Below are positions 13,333 through 26,051 of a stretch of 54,904 nt of DNA, piece by piece. The notes under the pieces are model-generated. The model ran no database searches. It was not told the DNA's origin and worked only from the letters and a program-made list of their open reading frames with translations. The translations under genes were made by a program, and so were the position numbers. This DNA comes from Lineus longissimus (Eukaryota): the NCBI RefSeq assembly GCF_910592395.1, contig NC_088313.1, forward strand, positions 17,894,500 through 17,949,403, in the 5' to 3' direction. Each line of letters starts with the position of its first letter. Position 1 is the first letter of the stretch.

Positions 13333-13476
13333 CGAGTCTTTTTCCATATATGGTCGTGGCGGTGGAAATGGGTAAGACTGTGGGACATATGGAGAAGCTA
13401 ACATGGTGCCTGTCGTTGTTCCAGGAACTCTTGCTGGTGTGTTATAGTATACATGCGGTAGGCCTCTATGTTCATA
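13333..13476 (-). CDS. Candidate second coding exon, proline/tyrosine-rich (YEHRGLPHVYYNTPARVPGTTTGTMLASPYVPQSYPFPPPRPYMEKDS)
   Basis: tttgtttgcag acceptor and GTAAGT donor flank a 48-codon open segment in phase with the 13889 exon. Confidence 0.25.
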
Positions 13477-13838
13477 CTGCAAACAAAAGGTAGTCATTAT
13501 GTGTCACTGTACTTGTCACCATGTTCAAGTAAAATAAAACTTTGGGCTTATAGTGAGTTATAGTACACGTAACCTAGTTAGGTTTCTCCAGATTTTTGGC
13601 ATATTTGCTTAATCAAATACCAGAAACTTTGGCAACAGTAATTATCATACCCATGATAGCCTAACTATTAAAAAAGATGTTACCCCCGCAACCGTGAACA
13701 GAGTCAGATTGACATTAAGAAGTTGAACGGCCCTTTAATTAATTTTTTTAAAATTCTGGCATCAGAAAGACTTCCAACAAAGTTGTCCTCATCCGTGCAG
13801 GGAAGCAAAGCAATAATAGCATTAATTTGATTACTTAC

Positions 13839-13889
13839 CCAGTTTCCTATATCTGCCGTAGAAGGCGCATGTTGCCTGCCTTTCGGCAT
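13839..13889 (-). CDS. Candidate first coding exon of an unassigned gene (MPKGRQHAPSTADIGNW)
   Basis: ATG at 13889 followed after 17 codons by a consensus GTAAGT donor. Confidence 0.25.
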
Positions 13890-14194
13890 CTTGACTGCGT
13901 GAGATAGTAGCCTAGCCTATATCTGATAATGACCCGATAGTGGATACAATGTTGCAATCAAATCACGCGCACTGCATAATAACTCCCAACTTCCGTGTTG
14001 CAAAACCCGCAATAACGGCACAATAATAACCGTAAAATATCGCTTCTGGGCTGCAAATCCTAGGCCTTTTGTGAATCTGTAAGCTATGTTTGTATCCGCT
14101 TATAAGATAGGGATAATCACAGCTAAATCACCGATAAAGCATTGTGATCGTGGTATTAGCCTACGATCCCTCGGGAACGATTGTGTACACGTTG

Positions 14195-14400
14195 CTAGGC
14201 ATCAGAGCCGCGTGGTCTTTCCACCCAATGCCGCAGATGGCGCCACCGTGCGTTTTTGACACAGGACGTCGCAAAAAACAGTGGAACCTCCCCATAAGGG
14301 GCAACCTCTCTTTTAAGGACACTTGCTTTGGTCCAAGATTGGTTGTTTCCGTTTTATTTGACCTCTCTAATCAAGACACCTCTCTATTAAGGATAGCCCC
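14195..14400 (+). repeat. Dispersed repeat family, copy 2
   Basis: cagtggaacctccccataaggggcaacctctcttttaaggacacttgctttggtccaagattggttgtttccgttttatttgacctctctaatcaagacacctc. Confidence 0.6.
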
Positions 14401-14919
14401 AATCATACAGTTTTTATGGACAAGAAAAAGGGTTCTGGAGAATGGATCACCATCCATTGGATGGGGATAGCTTGGGGGGTGGCTCAACCAATTTGGTTAT
14501 GCACATCCAAATTGATATGGTATCACTGCTACCATCTACTTCAATCAGACTAATTAACTGAGGTATATGTATATCAAATATATCCCTTTTAAAGTATGAG
14601 AGGAACAGAACTTTTATTAACTCTGAAGTTATCTCAAATAGTCGTAGGGTGGGGTCACTCGGTCTATTTGTCACATTCCATCACCATGATTATATAAATT
14701 GAAGCACATAAATTAAAGTAAGGAAAATGTATTGGACAATAAATAATTTGCAGTACAAGTATGCATACATGGTGGAGAAGATTACAGTAGGTCAGCTGCT
14801 GTATGATATATTTTGACCTGCATATAGTCTTTCATGGGCCTGAATAACACAATCATCATTAAAACTGGACTGCTTATACAACCCCGCCACCTGTGGTGAC
14901 ATCAAATATGACATCACAA

Positions 14920-16632
14920 TCAGGTAACATATATTTTCTTAATGTCTTTAGAGGGGCAGGTCATAAGGCAACGCTTACAAACAACTTCATTTGACAATTT
15001 TGTCACTGAAAGTAAACAGTTCCTGCACAGATTATGAGAACATGGTAACAAATAAGCAGCTACCTTGGATGATTTGAGGTTCAAATGACACATCATACAA
15101 GTCGTATTAGTTTTTTTGGTATCTGTTGTTTCGTTTGATTGTGCAGGCTTCCTGAAGCTTGGCAAGTTTCCCAAAGTCAAGGACACAGCGGAGTCTAAAC
15201 TGTGAGATAAATTATTTTCATGTGATGCGTGAACAATACCCTTAGTTTTACTTGTAAATGTAATTGCTGTAGCAAAGGGCAGCTTGTGACAGGCGGTGGC
15301 TGGAAGATTCATATGAGAAGGGGCATCCCGTGACCGAACCTCAGTTGAAGTCAGTTCACCAGTGACATGCTTTGTTTTCCTCTTTTTGTCTCCAGGTCCA
15401 GGACTAGACTTATCAAGGTTATAACCTTTCCTTTTTAGTAAAACATTTTGAGAAGAATGAGACTTTGTAAGTGATACGGATACACTTTGAAAACTAGCTT
15501 CAGCTGGCACTTCAATGATCTCACAGTCACTGTCACTAGACTGTTCAGACACCTTCGGGGCAGTATCATACACAGTATTCAATGCCACATCCCGATTTAA
15601 GAAATCCATTGAATGTCCTATAGTCCTTGCAACATTTTCAAACTTCTTCCCACTTCTAACTAAGAAGTGATCAATCCTAACCTTTAGGGAACTGTTGGGA
15701 ATTGGCATGCTTGCACCATGGAAGGCAACTCCAGTGAATGGATCGTTGGGCGACCTTCCCCACTTTGCTTCTTCTGCTATGTGTCTCTCCATTGTGTTTT
15801 TATCAATTGAATGTCCCGATGGAAGTAGGAGCGGCATTGTCATAATATCACATGTTATCGGATCCATGAATTCATTCGGAATTTCATCCTCTTTTTTGAC
15901 ACTATCTGAATCAGTGACTCGAACCCCAGACTCTGATATGCTAGTGATCACATCAACCTCAACCTGTTGTTGTCCTCTAATAAAATCATTATGCAAGCCC
16001 CAAATCTTGTCAAGAATGGGCTTTGGGACTGAATGAGCAGGTTGACCAAAGACTGCAATACTTTTAACACATGGAATACACCCCCCTTGAGTTCGCGTAA
16101 TTCTTATCAAAACATGGCTTACACATGCTAGAGATGTATTTCGGAAGTGCCGTATTTCAGAGTTTATTACATTCTGTCCAGCACAGTCGATGTATTGGTG
16201 GGTATTTTGAGACATACCAGAATGCCGACAATATGATGGGTTAGAAAAGACGAATACTGTCGGTCCTGTATACTCCCTTAAACACCTTCCAACAGTCACA
16301 AACATTCCCTGCGTGTGAGGAGCTTGCTCCATCAGGAAATTATCATTCACAATCCAGGAATCTTTCACAAGATCTGAGCGGGTCATAATCTCGAATCCAC
16401 ATGATTTCTGTGAGCCGACAATAGGGTTGATGACAATTTTCTGTATGTAAATGTTACACGGAAATGCAATGGTCATCATCACAGGTGGTTTGATGAAACG
16501 TTCTGCTAGAAATCCATTATTTTTTACCAAATAATTGTCTGAAATTATGTTCGTGATTTCATGTCCATCAACACTGACTTTATCACAGAAGATCCTGGGT
16601 TTCAGGTAAGGACTGCAAAAATCCCAAGCCAT
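14920..16632 (-). CDS. UBOX5: U-box + RING E3 ubiquitin ligase, UBOX5/RNF37-like; the whole 570-aa CDS lies in one exon
   Basis: Residue-level matches to the UBOX5 N-terminal domain (FIKPPV..; HVLIRITRTQGGCIPCVKSIAVFGQPA), a central U-box (PNEFMDPITCDIMTMPLLLPSGHSIDKNTMERHIAEEAKWGRSPNDPFTGVAF) and a C-terminal C3HC4 RING (CMMCH..CSHNLCRNCL..CKRC). ATG at 16632 aligns with the human start; an acceptor-like cag 26 nt upstream suggests a separate 5'UTR exon. Confidence 0.8.
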   Translation of the reverse strand: MAWDFCSPYLKPRIFCDKVSVDGHEITNIISDNYLVKNNGFLAERFIKPPVMMTIAFPCNIYIQKIVINPIVGSQKSCGFEIMTRSDLVKDSWIVNDNFLMEQAPHTQGMFVTVGRCLREYTGPTVFVFSNPSYCRHSGMSQNTHQYIDCAGQNVINSEIRHFRNTSLACVSHVLIRITRTQGGCIPCVKSIAVFGQPAHSVPKPILDKIWGLHNDFIRGQQQVEVDVITSISESGVRVTDSDSVKKEDEIPNEFMDPITCDIMTMPLLLPSGHSIDKNTMERHIAEEAKWGRSPNDPFTGVAFHGASMPIPNSSLKVRIDHFLVRSGKKFENVARTIGHSMDFLNRDVALNTVYDTAPKVSEQSSDSDCEIIEVPAEASFQSVSVSLTKSHSSQNVLLKRKGYNLDKSSPGPGDKKRKTKHVTGELTSTEVRSRDAPSHMNLPATACHKLPFATAITFTSKTKGIVHASHENNLSHSLDSAVSLTLGNLPSFRKPAQSNETTDTKKTNTTCMMCHLNLKSSKVAAYLLPCSHNLCRNCLLSVTKLSNEVVCKRCLMTCPSKDIKKIYVT

Positions 16633-17767
16633 TGTCACCAAACAACCTTGCACCTGACCTGTAGTGTAAAAAGAGAATGCAATTAATACATGACTGACAT
16701 GACTGAATGAAGAGATGGGACAACAGACCTCACCTACACGGTGCAGTGGTGGGCTGGTCACTGTTCACTAAAAGATTGGAGAACCAAATCGTCACAATTC
16801 TGTTGGCGTCATATGCAATTTACGGACGTCGCAGTTTAACATAAGTTGTGTACCGGTGCTACGGAATACGCTGCAGACACAAGTAGAAAAGAATCATATT
16901 GAATTTGGCTAAATCACAGGGCTCGGCCAGCCCTCTGAATCTGGTGATGGGGGGCGGGCGAGGGGGTTGATCCAGCAGCGGACATTTGTCTTGACTCTTG
17001 TTTGGCGCAGCTACAGCTTAAAGTGCTGTGGTACAGCCTAGTAGCAGTGTCATCATTGGCGAAATCGACCAAAGTTTGTGAGGGGCTGAGTTTCGTCCAC
17101 AAATAGATCTGTTTACACACTATGGCAATGGCGTATTGCAGGTACACGTCAACGGATCATTGTCGGACGTCAGTTCGCCAAGAAAACCAAAGGAATCGAA
17201 GGATTCATTGAACTCATCAACACATCACTAGTTTTCAGTGAAGTGCAACTGTATTCCTAGGTGAATCACTTTGGTATATAGAGAGTAAGATTACAATTAA
17301 CTCACGTTAAAGTTTGAGTTCCGGGAGGTAGCGTTGTCAGTAAGTTGGTTTAGGGGCGCAATAACCTAGCTTATAGCGAGCAATTAGTACACTAAGATTT
17401 CAGTGATTAACATAATAGTTGCAAGTATTTGGCATTTTAGACTCATATTTCGTGCTATAATAATTACGTTGAAAACATAATGCTCAAAATTGATTCATGA
17501 AAAAGTTGTTAGGGCAATATCAAGCAAGCAGTAATGGAAAAAAGTGTAATTCCATTAACTGAATATTGTTTTTAGACACTATAACATTTTAGGCCTACTT
17601 TTCCGTAAACCACGAGAACAATGTATGTGAAAAAAACAACACATATAAGTGAGGCGCCGAGTATACAGTAATTGTAAGGTTTAAGAAAAGCTCGGTCTCT
17701 AAAGTCTGGAGGTCCGGAGTCCGTAACTGTGACGGTCACGAGAGTGGTTTGTCCTAAGGCACCTATT

Positions 17768-17878
17768 CCATAGAGCTATACCCTATACTACACTATACGC
17801 GAACAATAGTTTCATGGTCATGCACCCTTTGTGAAGCCATTGTTCCCGTATAGTGTAGTATACCGTATACCTCTATGG
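17768..17878. repeat. Hairpin / inverted repeat with ~32-bp arms and a ~47-bp spacer
   Basis: ccatagagctataccctatactacactatacg ... cgtatagtgtagtataccgtatacctctatgg (about 29/32 complementary). Confidence 0.8.
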
Positions 17879-17964
17879 AGAAGGTGCCTTACGGATAGAT
17901 CTAGAGGGCGGTTTGGGGTTCCGCCGACGGTGCTCGCATGCATTGGTCGTATCCTCGAAACCTT

Positions 17965-18377
17965 TACAACGACAACAAAGCTGGTGGCATCCATGACAGT
18001 ATAGGAATTGACGGTGAGGTAACAAAAAATATCGTGGCATCCAATGACGGTATAGGAATTGACGGTGAAGGATCTCGTGGCATATCGGATGCGCATCCGA
18101 AGACGGTAAGGGAATTGACGGTGAAGGATCTCGTGGCATATCGGATGCGCATCCGATGACGGTAATTGACGGTAAAGGATCTCGTGGCATATCGGATGCG
18201 CATCCGAAGACGGTAAGGGAATTGACGGTGAAGGATCTCGTGGCATATCGGATCCGAAGACGGTAAGGGAATTGACGGTGAAGGATCTCGTGGCATATCG
18301 GATGCGCATCCGAAGAAGGTCAGGGAATTGACGGTAAAGGATCTCGTGGCATATCGGATGCGCATCCGATGACGGTT
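17965..18377. repeat. Minisatellite, ~7-8 copies of a ~56-bp unit (GAAGGATCTCGTGGCATATCGGATGCGCATCCGAAGACGGTAAGGGAATTGACGGT)
   Basis: Direct tandem copies visible; each unit contains the perfect 18-bp palindrome ATCGGATGCGCATCCGAT. Confidence 0.85.
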
Positions 18378-18380
18378 TTA

Positions 18381-18410
18381 TATATATATATATATATATA
18401 TATACATACG
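18381..18410. repeat. (TA)n microsatellite
   Basis: tatatatatatatatatatatatata directly 3' of the minisatellite. Confidence 0.9.
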
Positions 18411-21400
18411 CATATATGTATATATTTTAGTTTTATACTATGTAATTGCAAGCTCTAGTGAACTCACTCAGATGTTTGACATGGGGGAGCATCCCCCCCC
18501 CCCCACCCCGTCCTTCCGATACGTTTTAACCAGTGCATTGGGGGTTTGGGAAACATGTGTAAGTGGGAGTCATTTTGTGTCTCTGGGTCTTGAAACTCAC
18601 AAAGACAAAATCTTCGAAATCTGGATGCATAATAATTGATTTATCGCTAACGAAACCGCCTTAGCTGATTTGTGATGCGAGTTGGGTCATAGAAATGTTG
18701 ATGCTACAAGATGTATATTGTGGTCCTTTAAAGCGTCTCAGAAGGACTTATTGAGGGGGGGGGGAGTTAAAAATGCTCCAGCATGATGCATGATGCATGA
18801 TGCCTGAGCAGAAATCCCCCTACAAGCAGCCTAACAGCAACTTCGGGGACCAGATTTAGATGTGATATTCCTGATATTTGTGCTTTCAACCAACACCAAC
18901 AGATGGCAACAGAAGATATTGGAAGGGTCTAACATTATTTAGCAGAAAACCCCCTACAAGAAGCCTAACAGCAACTTCGGGAACCAGAGTTAGGCCTGGA
19001 AGAATTTCCTAGCCCAGCGTAAAGAGTCGCAGAACCCTTAGAGCGGCAATTACCCAATGAAGAGAACTGTTTAGGGAAAATAGTTACTCGCGCAAGCGCG
19101 GCAACCGAACACGCTATGAGCGACATTCAACGCTGCGTCGGGCTGGAGGCCATGTTGTTTTAGGTCGTCTGCTACAAACCCATTCTCTTCCGCGTTTTAG
19201 GAAAAATCAAAATGGTGATTTGAAGATTTTTCACTCATGGAAACGTCTCTATCTTTGTTATCCGTGGTTAGATGAACAATCTTGATCTATCTTTCTCTCA
19301 GTGATAAAATATCAGGTTCTGTGTTGTGAACGAATACAGTTGCACAAATACTGCAAACAACGACTAAACGGAGTGAGCTCACAGTTGCTCAAGGATCTTT
19401 TGCGTGATATGTATATCAATTCCGAAATGATGACAATATCATAGGTTCATTCCTTTAATGAATGGATTATAGGCCTAAGTATAAACTCATCAAGTGCACA
19501 GTCGTATACTGAGAGCCGCAAGGTAAGCCCACTTTTTAATCAAATTACGCATAGTGGTGTGATATGGTTTATGATGTTTAGTCGTTATGAATAATGTATC
19601 ATTGATGCAGCGAGATAACTGCGATAATTGCGTCGGTAACTCTTTTTTATTAGTAGGCATTGTTGAAGAGGTGAAGAATATGTGCCAGATATTGCGTTAT
19701 AGCCATACAATGCCAAGGTAAGCCTTGGTAGGTCTACGCAGAGGATCAGAAATATTCTGGTCTACGTCACCATCCTGCCAGGGAAACGCCGAGTAAATGT
19801 CAAATCGTCGAACCCCAGCCTTCAGAGACCCTTCGGGCCTCGCGCGTTCTCAACTGTTCGACCCCTGATCCTGTAGCCAATCTTCTGCTGCTGGACAAGG
19901 GCTGCTGGACGCAGATCTAATACCGAATCTGTGTATTAAGGTCATCCTCGTCATCTGTACGCTCTATTTTATTTTACCCGAAACATACATGTATATGTTT
20001 ATTTATGCACCAGGATTGTCAGCATAGGCCTATCATATCGGTACCATGGCATAATATGGTCATAAAGTCATAATAAAGGAGACAGTCATCTGACTTTCAT
20101 TTAGGTTTAATGACTGCGTCATGAGTAATGAACAAGGTGGATTAAAGCTTATTATGCGGCCATCAGACACGTCCATTTGAATATCATGAGTTGCCCATAG
20201 GCCTCATCCACACTTTTAAGGCCACTTGCATACGTGCTCTGTTAAGTGCTCCAAAGCACTTTCGTGGGCATCATGGTCTATTTCACGAGAAAATGCACAA
20301 GTTTTTAAAGCTAGAATCGGATTAGCATTACCAAGAACGAGGCATGGCTATGTACCTACACTTGTCCAATGGCTTCAAATAGTTGCCACTCAAGTCATGC
20401 CTTGGCAGTTATTAATTTCTTATCACAATGCAATAAAGAGGACATTCTTCATATTTGCTATATACATGTACGTCAGAAAACTGCACGTATACACATATTT
20501 ATATCAAACATAACATCCTTATGTGCTCACATATTGTCTGACAATGGGTTTAGTAACTGGAATGATTTACAGTTCCTTTTCAAGTAATATGAATTGTCAT
20601 AATAATACATCATAAATTTATGATGGGATTTTTCTTTAAAATATACATGTATTTTGGTATTGATCTTAATCTTATTGGCGAAATAATGTGGGTATAGAGC
20701 ATATCGAATATCTTGTGTTATTTACATTATTTGGTACATGGTGGTCACAAGCAACTTGCCATGGGCCTATATCTTATGCATTTACAAACCTATATCAAAC
20801 ATTGTGTATTTGTGATAAGATCAACTAGACTCAAATAAATTAATAGGCCGCCATCTACTTACGTCACGACGATCAAGTGGTTTGAACCATAGTTGATGTG
20901 TTAACATTACTTTCAAGAGTCGGCCTCCTGGTTGTCCCACATGTGATGGATTTTTATCAGAACAAGGAAGTAAAATGCACACTTTAAGATATAAAAAAGG
21001 AAGGTTAATATGCACTGTCGAGAATATGTTATAAATTTTATATGTATACTTAGGCATCGGACGAAAGATACCATGACAAGATGAATATCTTTCATTACAT
21101 GACTGTATATTTTGGATCTCATGTCGATTCGATAATGTAAATTTTGGTAATAGAATAAGTCAAATGTGGAATAAATCCTCCTCTTCTTCGAAAGATATAA
21201 GTATGTTGTTGTTAGCCATTTTTGTTGAACAGGTTTATTGATTTTCGCAAATAGATATGTGAAACATTGGGCAGAGCCGATAATGTCAAGTGGCATACAC
21301 AGAACGATTCACCAATGAATGATGTTTGAGGCGAAGAGCACGACTGCTGTCTAATAAATGACCCCTGCATGGTTTGTCCCCAGAAAATATGAAATTGCAT

Positions 21401-24400
21401 GGGTATGCTTTATGGGTAAAAGGTTAAAGGAGACAGTCTGAATAAGATATGCAATATTCTTAATCGAATTGCAAAATAGATATATCGGGATTTTCACAGT
21501 ATAAATATCAGAGGTTATGTTGAGTATCATCAATATTGACAAATTTAGGTGAAATAGTTCAACCCATAATCGGCATCAACAGCTTCTGCACTAAGAATCG
21601 CTTTCGATCCATTTCAATGAAATGAAAATGCGCATTCGTTAGTAAGTTTGTCATGAAATTGTGCCTCATGCTGAAATAGATATCAAATACGAGGAGTGAG
21701 ATATGAAACTGTCAAACTGACTGATTACCAAATCGATAAAAGCATGCAATACTAAGCCTGTATCCTATATGTACAACTAAGGCTAAGAGCTCCAAATATA
21801 TGTATGGGAAAATCCAATATTCCGGATTATTGCCCATTGTGCTTTATAAAACCAGGATGCCCCACGAATGCTTCCATGGTCTGTGGATGCCTGATCTCCT
21901 ATCATCACATCACTGAAAATGTCTAGGAAAAATCTCCAGGGAAACCATAACCATATTTTTATCGTGCTAAACCATACTCCCCCACAATGGCAACGGATGA
22001 GGTCAGATGCCATGATGTTGATACTTGTTGATTACTTATTGGAAGATGGAGCATAACAATAGACCTTGTTAGTGCGTGCATGTCCAAGGAATCAATTCGT
22101 CATTGCAGTTGGCGACTAGTGTGACAAAGGCGAATATGAGACAGCCATTGCCGTAAGACTAGCATGATAAATTCATCAGAGCAAACTACTGTGTGCAGGG
22201 CCGTATAAGCGAACGTTAACCCCTGACTGCTCAGCTCGGGCTGGATGAATTGAAAGCTGTCTATCATTTGAAAAAAAATCGTATCTCACGTCATGTCCGT
22301 CACGGATCTAATGGAAACCCGTGTTCATATACAAACTGTTAAAAATATCGAGAGATAAAGAAAACCACTGCTATTACGAGAATGCATTGATACCAAAATA
22401 TAACATGACGTATTGTCTTCTACTCACCCGCCATTTTCAGTTAAATTTACGACGAATATACCATACAAGGATCATATTTTGACTATCTTGGGAAATGAGT
22501 CAGAAATTTAGATATCAATGCGACAGATGTACAGCTATATGCCCAATAAAGCATTCTCTTCTGACTGGAAGCATATCATATAAACTATCGAACGATATGC
22601 CATGTCTTTGATCGTGTGCGTCTTCCACGTGGGTGTAGGATTATATGCCTTTGATTACGTATTAAGGTGAATCAGGAAATGCCCTACTTTTCCCTGACAG
22701 TTTTAACGGTTTATGACATTGGGTTTTTTTATATGAGGGCAGGGAGCAAGGTATCACTACAATGGCTATACCAACTACCAATGGAATGAATGACCACGAA
22801 GAAACTACTTCTTGCCATTAGCTGGCCAACAACTAACATTGACCAATTGGAATAGCGATGAGTAATACCAAATACAGGAGCAACTATATCAATATCATAC
22901 TCATTCACATGCACCAACCGCGGATACAAAATGGAAATTCTGGTCGAACTTTTACCGATTATGGCGCTGATTCTATTTCCCAAAATGAGTATTCGAAGAG
23001 CAATAGTCAGAGCTACCAATAAGAAGAGCCATGTGCAGCCAACATTGAAGCCAGTCTATACACTGACCACAGAAGTTGTCGACCATGCAACATTCCAGAA
23101 GCCATGCGTTTTCCATCGTCAGATTCCAAATGCCAAGAGTGCAAATTGGAGAAGACACTGAGAGAAATGTGAGAAATCGATGTCAGGCGAGCTCAGCAGG
23201 ATATGTTACTACAAGGATATTCGATATACGATCATATTATTTTGTTTATAAATAGATCCTGACGAAAGCAATCCAAGATCAATTAGAACAGGCCATCGAT
23301 ACATGCATACACAAGTCAAATAATCAGTGTTCCCTCTCGGCGGCGTCGTGCATGCTCCTGGGTGTTGGACACGGAAATGTTAGTACTCGTCGGCCACCCG
23401 GAAACCGAACACGTCAAACATGGCCATCACATCTTGATTTGTCGTTTCGAACCGTTTAAAGCTGGGGTTTAAACAAAAAAGTCGATGAATCTTGTCTATC
23501 AAACAGCTTTTACATTAATTGTTTTGCATTTATCCGACTGTGTTTTGTCTCGCGCGGGCTAAAACAGCTGCATCGGATATAAAGAAGGCGGAGAAATGGG
23601 AATGCGAAGGGTATAGCTCAGGTAATGCTGCGGGTGAGGAATTAGAATCTGATACATATGCTTACCATTCCGTGCAATAGATCAAATCGGAGTTTTTTCT
23701 TCACCTTACTAGAAAACAAGCTGTAATTTATTCTTGGTGATAGAGGTATATACTGCATGAAGATACCTCGAAGGTATACTGCGCCAAAGTCTATAGTAGA
23801 AAACCCCGCAGCTAACTACATGCATGTCATTCTGAAAGCTACAATTGGGATTTGTAGGCTTACGAATTGTCCTTCCGTAGTCCTTGCATTCAAGAAGCGT
23901 GGATGTACCAAGTACCTGTTAACCGTGCAGTAATTTATTCGTAAATTATTTATGGAAGACGTTTTTTGAGACGCCCTATACAACTCAAACAAAACCCAAG
24001 TGGGTACAGTAGCCCAATCAGTCTTGCGATAGATATATACTGATTAAATACTCGATTGATGCACTGCCTGAATTGTTTGCTGGAAATTTTTTCATGAGTC
24101 AGTCAGTTCAAAATTTTGAAAAATTTTCAAAGTCAAATCGTGGTTGTCGTGCAGATTTAGATCACACGTTGGTCGTTGAGATCAATCACTTGCATGACAA
24201 AGGCAAGTCCCGTGAGACGATTCTGATTCAGTTACAGTATATATCCAACATTTCACCGTCTGTCAGTTGAAGATGAATTGAAGATAGACTGGCAGTGTAG
24301 CCTATCCAGTCGAGATGAAATGAATGGATAAGTTCCTCACAACTGAACTCGCCTAAGGCTTGTCCATTATCAAAAGGAGATGAATTTAGCAAGACGTTTG

Positions 24401-24419
24401 TATTCATACTTGACTGGCT

Positions 24420-24830
24420 GTTCCGAGAATGACGTCATTCTGCCGGGCAGCTAACTTCTCAGTAGCGTGGTGACGTCAGAGCTAAATAGGTTATAATCCG
24501 TTCGTGCGCTGGGCGTTTGCTTGCATTAAAATTTGCACGAGAGGGTTAACTAAGAAGAGCTGACCATTTGAAACTGAAATCAAATGATTGTGTCTCAGTT
24601 CAGAGTGCCGATTGTGCTATTTCTCGTTTTAAAAAACTGTGAATTATTCAGCTCAGTGTTCCTTGGGAGCACTTCTTATTTGATTTTCTTATTTCTATGG
24701 CAACGAGTGGAAGATTGAAACACGTCGGAGTACTAGTTACAACATGAGACACCCGGCCGTGTGTCATAAATTATTTTAGACGAGGCGACTTCCTTACTGC
24801 ACGTGACATGCTCACGTGACCAACACACAT
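24420..24830. promoter_or_regulatory. Promoter-like island with no assigned gene: a perfect 14-bp CRE palindrome plus twin E-boxes
   Basis: GAATGACGTCATTC at 24427-24440, a second TGACGTCA at about 24470, and CACGTG at 24800-24805 and 24813-24818. Confidence 0.25.
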
Positions 24831-26051
24831 TGGGCCACCTTCATTGTTGTCTAAACTTCGGACGCAGTGGTTCAGCCTCACCCCCCCCCCCCCCCCTTCC
24901 ATGAAGGAAGCGAGGGAAGGGTGACGAATGGACTGCGGCCTCGAGGGGTTAGTGCCTTCTGAGCCAACAAGCGCCGATTCATTCGGAACGTTGAAATGCA
25001 CTTTCGTCACCGGTGTGACTGTCACTTCCCTTTCCTTCTCACTTTCGTGCTGTGTGCCCGCAGTTCTGAAAATCGAGTTTGCTAGGTGGCATGATGACAG
25101 CAACTGACGTTATTGCTTTCTCATGTTGCGAGTGACTCGATGAAAGAGGAGATTACATGAACTGAGATGGTATACATCATTCCTTTTAGGTTGAAAATTT
25201 TACGAACCAGTTCATTTGAAGCCCAAAGTTGACCATCTTGACCTTCAAGACAGTGCGCGTCGTATGGGTGGAGGTAACGGAGGCAATACCACTGGAAGTT
25301 CAGTAAGAAAGTTGACAGATAATCTAATGAGTGAACCAGCGTATCATGACGGGCATTAAGGTTTAATAGATTGGTGATGAAGAAACTAACAGGCTTACCA
25401 TGTAGACGACGGTCTCGCGGAAACAAGTGCATTGCGCATTCAGTTCAAAAACGAGATTTGAACGATGCCATTAAATATAATCAAAGGTGACGAGGATTAC
25501 GCCATACCGTTTAGTTTCCATAGGAACAATAATCCAAGGTTAGCCTTTATTGGCTGTATCTTCTACTAGTAGGTTACGGGGTCCATGCCATTTGAAAGAT
25601 AGATAATTATTCAGTTTGTGTAGTCAGATTTGATCGACATCAAGTGCCATGGGCAAATATAACTTGATCCCTTCCCAACCTTAAAATAATTTCAGTTGCA
25701 AAGGTTTATGCTCGGTTGGTATCCGGATTTCCCCATGCCCTTTACCAAAATAGGCTGTAAGATATCATTAATGAATGTATCCCAAGGGATAGCAACGAAA
25801 TAATAATGATAAATACTTTTTTATCCGTCAAAAATGATGACAAACCCTTGTAATTCTTGTGTCGAAATTCTGACCCCGTGAAAAATTTCCAGAGCATAAT
25901 CCTGAATCTAGTGTGAGACGAATAGCTAGCAGTAACTGTCGCCTAGCTTTTCGTGTAACGCCCATGCAGCCAAATTATCCTGGTCAGCATCTAAACGAAG
26001 CAATCGATTCCGGATTGTGTCTGTTGTCCATGGGATGATAAATCAGTCTAC

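Noticed and set aside
15695-16036. 113-aa plus-strand ORF
   Set aside because: Antisense to the well-supported UBOX5 CDS; chance ORF.
16633-16761. N-terminal extension of the UBOX5-like ORF (MTSPPLHRVGEVCCPISSFSHVSH...)
   Set aside because: It does not align with UBOX5, which starts at the homologous MAWDFCSP.. An acceptor-like cag lies inside it, so it is most likely intron/5'UTR read-through.
17818-18365. Three overlapping minus-strand ORFs with repetitive peptides (MRIRYATRSFTVNS...)
   Set aside because: They are translations of the 56-bp minisatellite; the periodicity comes from the tandem repeats, not coding.
22729-23161. Two overlapping minus-strand ORFs (96 and 61 aa) with hydrophobic content
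   Set aside because: Different frames, no splice signals linking them, AT-rich context; insufficient support.
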